Source of the DNA: the human T2T-CHM13v2.0 reference genome, Homo sapiens
DNA length: 64,000 nucleotides
Assembly (NCBI RefSeq): GCF_009914755.1
Contig: NC_060928.1
Reading direction: 5' to 3' (one strand)
The notes beneath the pieces are model-generated. The model saw only the letters and a list, made by a program, of their open reading frames with translations. It searched no databases and was not told the DNA's origin. Positions 1-14,002 of this stretch are shown piece after piece; within the stretch, counting starts at the first letter, position 1; each line of letters starts with the position of its first letter. A program made the translations under genes and the position numbers.

Positions 1-347
1 TGGGAAAGTCATGAAAAAAAAAAAAAAGACTAAGTAAATAGGCACAGACTAAAAGTCCATCAAGCAAAATCCCATCAGAAGCAATTCTGGTTCAGTTGCA
101 CATGGAGAAAAGCACTGGAGACCCTCAGTCTCACACCCCATGGTCAATTGATCAGTACGGGAGAGAATTCAAGTGTATTTATTCCTGCTGGAATCAGCAT
201 TGACTAAGGACTGGCACTGGAGTGGCTTAATCTCTCAGGTACACAGCCTCTACTTTCATGCAGCCAAAGAAGGCTCTGGCAGCCTGAGAATTGTCCTCCC
301 ACTATAAGACTCAGACACTGATTGACAGAAATAATTATAAATTATAT

Positions 348-1290
<943 letters not shown>

Positions 1291-1617
1291 AAAAAGCACT
1301 TCCTACCACCATGCAGTTCATAAACAATCACAAATATGGTAGGCTTGCCAAGTGCTTTTGTACCGCATTATTTATTACCATGCATTTGTATGACTGCAGT
1401 AGACTTTACTGATTTTTACTTTATAAAGCATTGTATTTATTCATTAAAAAATAAAAGGCTTGAACAAGAAAAAACGGGAGACGCTAACATCATAGACCAC
1501 AACATAACATGCGAAGTACAAGAATGACAAATATTATGTTTTGGCTCTCTTTACTATATGAGAGTCTCCTTTGGGACCGCATTTCAGAAATTCTTGATTT
1601 AGAGTAACATATCTTTT

Positions 1618-1777
1618 TTTTTTTTTTTTTCTAGACAAAGTCTCGCTGTGTCACTCAGGCTGGAGTGCGGTGGCACGATCTTCGGTTCAAGCACCACTGC
1701 CTCCCAGGTTCAAACGATCCTCCTACCTCAGCCTTCAGAGTAGCTGGGATTACAAGTGTGTGCCACCACGCCAAGCC
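1618..1777 (-). mobile_element. Alu right monomer only (5'-truncated Alu or FRAM-like)
   Basis: Poly-T then one Alu arm; TSD tagagtaacat(a/t)tctttt at 1600-1617 and 1778-1795. Confidence 0.9.
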
Positions 1778-2810
1778 TAGAGTAACATTTCTTTTAACTG
1801 AGGTGGTATTTATAAAAAATATACCCACACATCGTTGTTAAAAGAAGTAGAATTTTTGAATGAGGTTGTTTTCTGCATTCAAATGCTAATGAAACTCTGA
1901 CCAAAGCAATAAGTAATAAATGAATTACAATGGAGTATTAAAGGACAACATTATTTTGAATTGGAAGACGTTAGTCAGACTTTCAGGATTATTAATAATC
2001 TGAGATTTGTGTATTTATATAAGATTAACAGTGTGAAATTGGATAACATAATATATTCCTCATAATGTCTTATGTAAGTCTTACCAGCTTTTGATGAGAG
2101 TAAATACAAGAAAATATACAAAGGAAAAGGTGTTTAAATGAAATTGGGGATAAAGTCAGCAGCCTATGGACCATGCAATGCCTGTAAATATGTTTTATTT
2201 TTTCTGTACATTAAAAAGTTTTTTCAGTATTTTTTGGTTATATAACACCTCTAATTTTCTAAAAGTTTCATCACTTGTGTTCTTTAAAATTAATTAATTT
2301 TAATTGGTAAGTACAAATTGTCTCATCATTCTTTATTATATAAATTTAGTGCCTCGAAGCATATGAGTTTGCGACTTTTGTACAAAACCTTGCTGGTTTA
2401 GCATTCAGCGAGAAATAAGTTTGACACATGTTCATGTGCTCTCACTCTCTTCAAAATTTGAAAGGATGTTCATTGCAGTGGTAATCCAGTAACCTGGGGA
2501 AGTAAAGCTTACATTTTTAAAAAAGCATTCTATACATTGAAGCTGAAGAAAGAACACTTAAATCCACACTTTGAAAACATATCTGATGACCTAATTCCTA
2601 TAAATAAGCAAGGATTAGAGGCTATCACTCCTGACAGACTTTACAATTGATCTGAATCTTTTCTAGTTTTTGCTATTCAGATAACTCAAGATGGATGATG
2701 ATACTGAAATGCAGGTGGGGAGATTTCTAAGACTTACTATATGGAATGTATAATACAGAACAAATAAATTTGTTAATCATAGTATGTGTGTATATATATA
2801 TACATATATA

Positions 2811-3110
2811 TTTTTTTTGAGACGGAGTCTCCCTCTGCCACTCAGACTGGAGTGCAGTGGCGTGTCAGGTGTGTCACGGCTCACTGCAACCTCCACATCC
2901 CAGGTTCAAGCAATTCTCCTGGCACAGCCTCCAGCGTAGCTGGGACTACAGGCATGTGACACCACACCCAGCTAATTTTTTTGTATTTTTAATAGAGACA
3001 GGGTTTTGCCATGTTGGCCAGACTGTTCTCGAACCCCTGACCTCAGATGATCAGTCCACCTTGGCCTCCCAAAGTGTTAGGATTACAGGCATGAGCCACC
3101 TTGCCTGGCC
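2811..3110 (-). mobile_element. AluS (Sx/Sq-like)
   Basis: Dimeric antisense Alu ending cctggcc; (TA)n next to the tail. Confidence 0.93.
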
Positions 3111-4452
3111 CAATATGTATATGTTTCTAAAAATTTCATCTTGCAGATATTTAATTTGTTTTTATTAACTCAAACATGGAATGGAAGCCCAAAGAAATCC
3201 ATTTTAACACAATGTAAAATCTGTTGTTTATAAAAGCATTCAAACTGAAAATATTGAGCCATTACCTGGATCAATCTTAAAATAGCTCTTGAAATGTTCT
3301 GATTAGTTTGTTAGTAATGGTTTACAAACTTCCTGGTAGTCTTTGTAAAACCAAGATAAAGAGTAACAAGTCCCCAAGTATTGGACCAGCTTCAAATTTT
3401 CTGTTCTAAGGAATATATTTAAAACAAGGTAGTTTTATGGATATTTACTTTAAAAACATTGCCTTAAGTAAGATAATACAAGATAACACCATTGAACACA
3501 ACAATGTTGGCAGAAACAACATGAAGTCATAGAACCATAAAGCAGAACCTACTGCCAATGTCCTGGCCCTACCTATATATTGCACTGCCTCACAGATCAG
3601 GGGCATCAGACATCACATGCCCTCAATTCATGACTTGAGAAAGACTGCAGAAATATCTTGGGATCTGCACTGTAGATTTTTTTTATCAGCCTTCTCTTCA
3701 TATTTCTATAGCATATTTTTAATTTGCTTTGAGAGATTGGACTGCTCTCATTTACTGTAGTTACTGCTACTGTGGCCCTCTCTTGACCATGCAGCAGATG
3801 GTCCCAGGTGCTGTCTCAGACCTGTTTGTCCTCCTGGGGTCTGTACATCTCTATATTTTTAGTTTCTGCTTAGCTTCTGACTCATCTTTTACAGCTTGCT
3901 GCTGAACTTAACTATTAACTTAAGGATTTATTGTACATTTAATGGTTTTTCCATAGAAAACCATGGCTTAAGTTTGGAAATTGAAAGTAAGTGACTTCCA
4001 GCCAAGTTGTTCATAAATTTTCTCTTTGATACATCCCTTTTGGTTCAAATACACAGCAATAATAGATAAAGTACAGAACTGAAAATAAAATAGACAAAGG
4101 GCAACTAAGGACAAAGATAAACATCTTAATGTGCCGAAGAAGGATCAAGACTGTTAAGATTAATGGCTAAAGTGAAGTCCTGCTAGTTTTAAGGATCAAG
4201 GAGAGGAACAGAAAGTGTAGCTCAGAACTCAGCATCTGCAGGATGAAGGAACTAAAACTCCTACAGAAATGGACATGAAGCCAAAAGATGTCTGGTGAAA
4301 AGCAAAAACAAAACAAACAAACAAAAATCCCACAAATGTTTCCAATAAGCTATTACTTCCGATTTTAGCAAGCTGTTGGCTGATGAAGCAGGGGGACTCA
4401 TGCATAGCCATCCTCATGAGGTGAACCTAATGGCCCAGTTGGTCTACATTTT

Positions 4453-5133
<681 letters not shown>

Positions 5134-5254
5134 ATTATCCTCAATGTCATTGCAGGCAGAAGCAGTGAAATGCCATCTGGAATGACAGAAGAGCACAGGA
5201 ATAATGGGAACAACCATAAACTACTGATCATAAAAAGGTGATTAAGGAGAAATG

Positions 5255-5560
5255 GGTCTGGAACAGTGGCTCACACTGTAATCCCAGTGCTCTGGGAAGC
5301 CAAGGAAGGAAGATCCCTTGAGACCAAGAGTTCAAGACCAGACCTGGCAACATAGCAAAACCCCATCTCTACAAAAATAACAATTAGCTGGGTGGTGTGG
5401 TGCATGCCTGTAATCCTAGCTACAAGGGGAGGTTGAAGTTGGGGGACTGCTTGAGCCCAGAAGCTTAAGGCTGCAGTGAATTCTAATCATACCACTGTGC
5501 TCCACCATGAATGATAGAGTGAGACCCTGTCTAGAAAAAACAAAAAAGAGAAAAGGAAAT
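5255..5560 (+). mobile_element. AluJ
   Basis: Diverged dimeric Alu with J-type motifs (cttgagcccagaag, aaggctgcagtga, gagaccctgtct). Confidence 0.9.
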
Positions 5561-6118
5561 AAATAAGAACACATGAAGAGATAAAAATAATTGCTCAAAA
5601 AAAAGAAAGTATTACTTAGAATTTAGTGAGTTCTCCATCTTTGAAGTAATATGAATATTGAGATATCAAACAGTGCGGCTAAGGTGTTTAGAAAGCCTCC
5701 TTTAAAAAGGAGGAGCCAGATTAAGATAATCTTTGTTCTCACAATATCTCAGTGAAAATGAGCCCGGAAAATAATCATAAAATATATACAAAAGGTACTG
5801 TATAGGAGAGCAGCCAACAACTTTGTCATTTGAACATGAAATCATTCTTGAAATGATTAATAAAATAAAATTTACAGGAAATTTTCAAAGTCTTCAGAGT
5901 AAGTATATTTTAAAATGTCAACAACATAAATAAAGGGATTTTTTAAAATAAAAAAGCAATAAACTATAAAGTAAAACAAAATGGGCAGAAGTTTCTAAAA
6001 GACAATACAAAGTGAAATAGATTAAGAGATATAGTCATTGAAGTAAAAGTTCACTTATAAGGAAGCTAATCTAGACCAAATGCAAACTAAGAGAAAATTT
6101 GTGATTTAAAGAATATTA

Positions 6119-6496
6119 TAGATTGAGTATCCCTAATCCAAAAGTTCAAAATTTGAAATCTCAAATCTGAAATACTACAAAACAGAACATTTTTGCATGT
6201 AAATAGGGTGCCACAGATGGAATTTCACATCTGATCTCATATGGTAACACACAGTCAAAATGGAGGCAAAACTTTGTTTTAGCCACATAATTATTAAAAA
6301 TACTATATAAATTTACCTTCAGGCTATGTATATATGTGTATAAGATGTATATGAAACATAAACAAATTTCAGGTTTAGATTTGAGTACCATCCACAAGAT
6401 AGCTCATTTGTATATGCAAATATTTCAAAACCCAAAAATATCTCAAATCTGAAACACCCTGGTCCCAAACATTTCAGACAAGGAAGGCTCAACCTG
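6119..6496. mobile_element. Tigger4/MER46-like DNA transposon (TcMar-Tigger)
   Basis: Terminal inverted repeats (tagattgagtatccct...aggctcaacctg) flanked by TA. Confidence 0.8.
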
Positions 6497-6599
6497 TACT
6501 GGAGAATTTACTGAGAAGTCAATACACATCACAGTGACAAAATTATAAAGGAAAATTTATAATCAACCCCAATAAATATGAAGATCACAAGTAATACTT

Positions 6600-6850
6600 T
6601 TTAAAATTTTAGCTTTTATTTTTATTCATTTTGTATGTATAAAAATAGGTGTATATATTTTCAGGATACATGTGATTTTTTAAACATTTATACACTGTGA
6701 AATAATCAAATCAGGGTAATTAGGATATGCATTACCTTTTTATGCTGGGAACATTTCAATAACTCTTTACTAATTATTTGATTATTGTTTACTATGTCAG
6801 TATGTAGTGATTTATTGAACACTAGGTCTTATTTATTCTGACTAATTTTT
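6600..6850 (-). mobile_element. L1MA 3' end fragment
   Basis: T-rich tail then ggatacatgtgattttt...aatcaaatcagggtaattagg. Confidence 0.7.
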
Positions 6851-7203
6851 TTCAAAGTTGATCTGTATTTCACATAAACATCATCTTTCTAATTGTCAAT
6901 GATGCATTTATCACAGTACTGCAACACTGTACTTAAGAACGTTGATGGTACCTGGAAGACTAAGGCAAAATTTTATTTCTGTTAATTCTAGCCAAATTCT
7001 AGGAAAGTGTAAAGGAGGGAAAAAGAAAGAAGTGTGATGGATCCCCCATAGATCAGAGGAGGGAAGATTTTACATTACCTATTTACTGCTCTAACTGAGA
7101 CATGTATGTGGTTGAATATCAATTTGATTTAATATTGGTAACATCTGTGCTGTTTTTTAGGGTTCACCTATAACCAAAATTGAGAGAGTGCTATATTCTA
7201 TAC

Positions 7204-7389
7204 CAATGGTTTCCAAACCCTATTATGCTTCAGAATCACTTATGGAACTGATTAAAAGTAAGTGAGCCCCACAACCTGAGTTTCTGATTCAGTGAAATTG
7301 CTGAGAGGCCTGATAATTTATATTTCTCCAAGTTCCCAGGTGATGCTGATGCTGTGCTGGACCATAGAACACACTTTTAAAACCACTAC
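7204..7389. mobile_element. MER5A (hAT-Charlie MITE)
   Basis: cagaatcac...ttctgattcagt...aagttcccaggtgatgctgatgctg...aaccact. Confidence 0.85.
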
Positions 7390-10371
7390 TCTGTGTTATT
7401 ACTCAAACTAAGTGTTGTGGAGAAACATTTTTCCCAAGGAAACGTATGTGACTAGCCCTTTGGAAATAATGTTTGTGTGCCTGTTTTCTCTCACAGTCAA
7501 ATCATTTGGTGGTCCTTAATTTACTTTATTTATTTATATTATAAATATGCAAATTATCTGGTAATTTTTGTTTGGTTGGTTGGCAGTTTGATTAGTTGTT
7601 TGGTGCAACAAATTTTAAGAAGTGTAGTTAAATTTATTTTTTATTTTGCTTTAAACTTTATTCATTGCTCTCTTTTCCACATTTGTTAATTTCACACAGA
7701 AGTTGAATCAGTGTGTACATCCCTAAACAACCTTTGTAAGGTGTTTTAAAAACCTTTGTAAGGTGTCATGGATTTGGGAATAAGTGGCAAAGATTACCTT
7801 TAAAATGCTTGAAACACATTTTTTTCACTCATGTGTTTTCTCTCTGTTTTGCTGTTCTTTACTGGTTAACTAGATCTTCAAATAATTGGAGAGTTATTGT
7901 GTGAAAAATTAACAGTTTTTCAAAACAAGAAAAACAGAAAAAGAACATCTGTTTTGCAAAGTTCTGCTCATGAGTCCGGTCTATCTGTCTTGCAATACAG
8001 AAAGGAAGGATTTAGAGCCCTCAGCATCCTTAGTGAAATATTATCTGACACTTCACAGAAAGCAGAGTGGGAATCAGTAGGTATTAGCCAGGACCACAGT
8101 ATTCAGGGAAGCCAAATAATTAAATTTTGGACACAAAGCAAAAGAATGAGACAGCCACACTCTTACACACAGAACCTTAACCTAGATTTGAAAGTAGAGG
8201 TATGGATGGAAAGAAAAATACTTTGCATAGAAAAAGAATAAATTATTGGAGTAAACATAACAAGTAAGAAATGCCTAGTGACAGTGTGGCTGAAAAAAAG
8301 AATGTCAATAATGAAATTTATATTTGGAAGGGAAACTTCTCAATCATTTTTAAAAATACATTCTATCAACTTGTTTTGAGGGTTTTGGAGGAGTAAAGAA
8401 ATAAGGAAGATGACTAATGTGAATGCTGCAATAAAAGAGAACATCAAAAGCAAGAAGAGGAAATATACCACAAGCTGAATGAATTCAAAAGAAGTAACTT
8501 AGAGTTGAAGATGACTTGAAAAATTTAAGCAACTTATCTCCCACAGATACACCTCATTAACATTAACAAATTCTGAGTTGGGAAGAATTTTGCTTCTTAA
8601 TCTACACAGAACTGGGATTTTTTGCTCAAATTTTATTTGATTTTTAAAAGGCAAGAGACCAGTGCTACATATTTATATTTTTATCTGCAACTATCTAAAT
8701 TAATACCTGTTCTCTATAAAGTAGCCTAAATCATGTCGTTTTTGGATGTTTGTTGATGCCAATAGATAGAATACCTTCCAAATATGTTTAAAATTTAAGT
8801 AGCTGTGACTAATTTAGTTTAAATCCAGTAAAGTATATATAATTGTCAGATGTCAGATGAATTTGGAATTAAAATATATTCATATCAATTGTTGAAAGTT
8901 ATTTTTAGTAGTCAAAATAGCAAAAGCTGATGAACAACAACATCACTAGGCAATCAGTTTTTTCTTATAAAAAGTGATGATTATTTTACAGTTTTCACTT
9001 CTTTTCATATATTTCATTTTGTTTGATGTGTTAAGCCATTGTCTTACTGTGAGAATAGTTTGAATTTAGTAGAGATGAGCTTCTACCAACCTTCATGAAA
9101 GTGATTAGGAATCCTACACATATCTATCTGTGAAATTTATCTACTTAATACTTTCACTCAGTGTCATAACACAGAGAACAGAAACTTCAGGAAATAATGA
9201 AACAGAGTTCTTTCGTTAATATCTAGCAGTGTGAGAGCATGATAATCCAGAAATGCTTATTTTTATTTAAAGAAATGAAATAAGTTACATCTTATCTATC
9301 AGCACTTTTAGAAAGTAAAGTTATACCTCTTCAGATCCAATCATCTCTCTTAGAATATTTTGATACTATCTATTTATTACTCTCTGTAAAACATCAAAGA
9401 ATTGTATTATTGTAAATGAAGTAGAATTACAAAAGAGTCTAACAGATTTTTTTTATTTAAAAAAAAATCCATGTGGGGAGTATGTAGAAGATCAACACAT
9501 AAAAGAGTAAGTGGATGTCTTATAAACAATTAGTCAAATACCATTAAATTACCATATTCAAGTACAAAATGATACTGTGTAAGGAACAGAATGTATGAGC
9601 TTATTGTGGGGATTAATTTCTAACTCAAAGTTGTTTGGCGAGGATATGAGGAATCTAAGCTTAAGAAATACTTTAAAGCCTAGAAATCTGTCTGGTTGCC
9701 TTGGAGATGGAAGGACATTTGAGAAGACTCTGTGGGAGATGGCTTGTCATACAGTTTTTAGGTTTATGATAATAAAGAACTAATCATCCTCTTGATTCTC
9801 ACAAATAAAGACAGAGCAGGGGAGTTTTTCAGGTATTTGTCTCTATTCTAAATAGCCATGTCCAGCAAAATGAGTTATCCTTTTGAGGCTCTGTTTTAGA
9901 GGGAGCCACATTACCACTCTGACTCTGGTTTCTAGTTGAGTTGGTGACATATAGTAGACTGCCAGTTAATATTGGCTGAATGATTGTCTGAAGGCAGGAA
10001 TTACTTCAGAAAAAGGTGAATACAGTCAGAGAGAGAAATAATTGTTTGCGGTGTGATTAATTTAATTGACACTTAAACTAGAGGGGTATAAATTGCTGAA
10101 GCTCTTCTTGAGAGAAAGAAAAGCATGGTAAATAGAACACTTTTTTTCAGTCATAGCCTGATAGCATCATGATCACTATATTTATTGACTGAGTACTGTA
10201 CAGTCAACAAATACTTAATGAACATTGGTTATGTGCTGCACACTTAGCCCATCATTCAGTGAATCTTGGCCAAGTTTAAATTTGTAAATAAAATGGTGGT
10301 GGGTCAGGGTTTTGGAAATGTGTTTTCTGATCTCAACAACATGAAATGATTTGAGGGAGCCATGGATCATT

Positions 10372-10718
10372 ACTGGTATCATATGAACGTTTTTATCCCC
10401 CCTGCAAAAAATATTCTGATATTGAAGCCGAATCCTCAATGTAATGGTAGTAAGAAGTGATGTCTTTGGAAAGTGGCTAGTTTATAATGGCAAAGCCCTA
10501 ATGAATGGAATTAGGCTTCTTTATTCCTTCCACAATGTGAGGATACAATGAAGGCTTGGCAGTCTGCAACACAGAAGAGGGCCCTCTTTAGAAACTGATT
10601 GTTTTGGCACACTGATCTTGAACTTCTCAGCCTCCAGAACTGTGAGAAATAAATTTCTGTTGTTTCTAAGCTACTCAGTCTATGGTACTTTCTTATAGCC
10701 ACCTGAATCGACTAAGAA
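10372..10718 (+). mobile_element. MLT1A/MSTD-like solo LTR
   Basis: cagcctccagaactgtgagaaataaatttctgttgttt...gactaaga 3' motif; start approximate. Confidence 0.8.
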
Positions 10719-11011
10719 AATCACCTTCAATCTGTGCCTTGCCTGCCATGAAAGATCGCTCTAAAAGGGTAAAAAATAAAATACCACGTTTTATTCTTCC
10801 ATGAAATATTAAGATAATCTAGAATAAACCCTCTCCAACACACACACCCTTCCACACATACATCATTGTCAAAGTGAATTAATGATGACTCATAATAATA
10901 ATAATACTATTAATAATAAATCATGTACTTTGAAGGAATTATTTTTAATGTGGCTATCATTTCACAATGAAGTGAAACAGGCATCCTCTCCTACAAATAT
11001 GGTTGGAAAAA

Positions 11012-11390
11012 ATACTGTCTCCAAACAGGTTCCCTAGAAGCAAAACCTGAGATAAAGATTTTTTAATTTATTTTGGATAGGAAATTGCTCAGATGGAGAC
11101 TACTTTTTGTCTGATTCTAGAGTAAGCCCTAGAACACAAATCATATCAGAGTTGAAACTTACCTTGAAGCAGATGGTCTAGCTTCTCTCCCCGCTTCCAT
11201 TTCCCTGGCTATGCTCTTTGGTTGTAGGAGGTGGTACAGAGTTTGTGGTAGAGGTAGAGGTGGGTGAAATGAAAGGGAGTATTCCTGTGAGGCAGCTCCC
11301 ATTGTCCAAAGGCACAATAGCATCCATCACAGGTACAGAGTGAGAGTAACCTCCAGTGGACTTAGAATAGCAAAGCAGAGCTCTGCATTC
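11012..11390. mobile_element. Old ERVL-type LTR remnant
   Basis: ggttccctagaagcaaaacctgagataaagattt resembles LTR16/LTR33/LTR67-type ends; highly diverged. Confidence 0.4.
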
Positions 11391-12114
11391 CCTTTCAGCA
11401 CTGAACCATTCTAAGAGTGATACTCTAGGCAATAACATCAATGTTGCTGCTGGGTCCTGGTTCAAAAGAGTGACATGTCTAAAACTTAGCTCTACTGTCA
11501 TAAACAGGATTTACTTTTCAAGGCAAAAGTCAATTTGAAGCAAATAATTTGAGAAAAGAGTTTGGAAGGTATGCTGTTGAATCTCATGAAATTCAAAAGA
11601 AATAATCAGGATGTTTTAGATTCCTTTGATGGCTGATAAAGTCTATGTAAATATGATTATATGTAAATGTAATTAACTGCAACTGAAAAAATAATTATGA
11701 TTAGTAAATAAGACTGATATATATTAGAAAGAGTTCTGAATAAATCCAGAGAAAGACATGGTTTTAATTCTAGAAATGTCACTGACTTAGATGTGGAACT
11801 AGGATAATTTACTGAACCCTGATAAGCTTGTTCTTCTTATGTAATGAAAGATTTGGACTCAATCTTCCAGAAAACTGTGGTTTTAAACTTTAATTTTAAC
11901 TTATCTATGTGAAAAGTGTTTCTGAATTCAGATTATATGATATGTAAAGTTGTAGTCCCAGCATATAAAATACATGGTATGGAAAAAAAAGTAATTTAAA
12001 ATAATTTGCCACTTGGATGCATCTATTCTCATCATTAAGGAGCTCTCTATAAACACCATGTTCTACCTGACTTTTCTTTCCTTTTTCCTTTCAAAACAGA
12101 TACACCTGAGCCTC

Positions 12115-14002
12115 TGTATTAGTCTGTTTTCACACTGCTGATAAAGACATACCAGACACTGGGCAATTTACAAAAGAAAGAGGCTTATTGGACTTACAGT
12201 TCTACATGGCTGGGGAGGCCTCACAATCATGGCAGAAGGCAAGGAGGAGTAAGTCATATCTTCCATAGATGGCAGCAGGAAAAGAGAGAGCTTGTGCAGG
12301 AAAACTCCCATTTTTAAAACTATCAGATCTCATGATACCTATTCACTGTCACAAGAACAGCACAGGAAAGACCCACCCCCATGATTCAATCATCTCCCAC
12401 CAGGGTCCTCCTACAATACCTGGAGTTTATGGGAGCTACATGATGAGATTTGGGTGGGGACACAGAGCCAACCCATATCATCTGCCCCTCGCTCCTCCCA
12501 CATCTCTTATCTTCACATTTTAAAACCTATCATGCTTTCCCAACAGTTCCCCAACGTCTCAACTCATATACGCATTAACTCAAAAGTCCACAGTCCAAAG
12601 TCTCATCCAAGACAAGGCAAGTCCCTTCCACCTCTGAGCCTGTAAAATCAAAAGAAAGTTAATTATTTCCTAGATACATGGGGATACAGGCACTGGGTAA
12701 ATACACCCATTCCAAATGGGAGAAATTGGCCAAAGTGAAGGAGCTAAAGGCCCCAGGCAAATCCAAAATCCAGCAGGGCAATCACATCTTAAAGCTCCAA
12801 AATGATCTCCTTTGACTCCATGTCTCACGTCCAGTTCACTCTAATGCAAGGGTTGGATTCCCATGATCTTGGGCAGCTCCATGCAGCTCCATCCTTGTGG
12901 CTTTGCAGGGTACAGCCACCTTCCTGGCTACTTTCCTGGGCTAACACTGAGTGTCTGCAACTTTTCCAGGCACACAGTGCAAGCCGTTGGTGGATCTACC
13001 ATTCTGGGGTCTGGAGGATGGTAGCTCTTTTCTCACAGTTCCACCAGGCGGTGCCCCAGTAGGGATTCTGTGTAGGGGCTCCCACCCAACATTTCCCTTC
13101 TGCACTGCCCTAGCAGAGGTTCTCCATGAGGACACCGCCCTCCCAGCAAACTTCTGCCTGGGCATCCAGGCATTTCTATACATCTTCTGAAATCTAGGTG
13201 AAGGTTGTCAAACCTCAATTCTTGATTTCTGTGCACTGGAAGACTCAACTCCACCCAGAAGCTAAAAAGGCTTGGGGCTTGTGCCCTCTGAAGCCATGGC
13301 GCAAGCTTTACTTTGGCCCCTTTTAGCTATGGCTGGAGCAGCTGGGATGCAGGGCACCATGACTCTAGCCTGCACGCAGCATGAGGACCCTGGGTCCAGG
13401 CCCATAAAACCACTTTTTCCTCCTGGGCCTGCAGGCCTGTGACAGGAGGGACTGCTGCAAAGGTCTCTGACATGCCCTTGAAATATTTTCCCCATTGTAT
13501 TGGTGATTAACATTCAGCTTCTTGTTACTTATGCAAATTTCTGCAACTGGCTTGAATTTCTCCTCAGAAAGTGGGATTTTCCACATTTTTGGGTATCTTT
13601 TCAGCAGCTCCCCATTCTACCTGTATCAGTTTACTGTATTAGTCCATTTTCATGCTGCTGATAAAGACACCCAAGACTGGGCAATTTACAAAAGAAGGAG
13701 GTTTATTGGATTTGCAGTTCCACATGACTGGGGATGTCTCACAATCAATCATTGCGGAAGACAAGGAGGAGCAAGTCACATCTTATGTATATGGCAGCAG
13801 GCAAAGAGAGAGCTCCTTCAGGGAGACTCCCATTTTTAAGACCATCAGATCTCATGAGACCCATTCACTCTCACAAGAACAGCATGGGAAAGACCCAACC
13901 CCATGATTCAATCATCTCCCTCTTGGTCCCTCTCACAACACATGAGAATTATGGGAGCTAAAAGATGAGATTTGGGTGGGGACACGGAGCCAAACCATAT
14001 CA
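12115..14002 (-). mobile_element. THE1A provirus, LTR-int-LTR, internally deleted
   Basis: LTRs at 12115-12480 and 13635-14002, internal region 12481-13634; perfect 5-bp TSD gcctc at 12110-12114 and 14003-14007. Confidence 0.93.

Noticed and set aside
7729-7767. 16-bp direct repeat aacctttgtaaggtgt
   Set aside because: Real, but an ordinary small slippage duplication.
12802-13586. Dense overlapping ORFs in THE1/MST internal regions (also 22944-23742 and 52995-53907)
   Set aside because: Fragmented frames of the degenerate MaLR internal sequence; no intact gag-like ORF.
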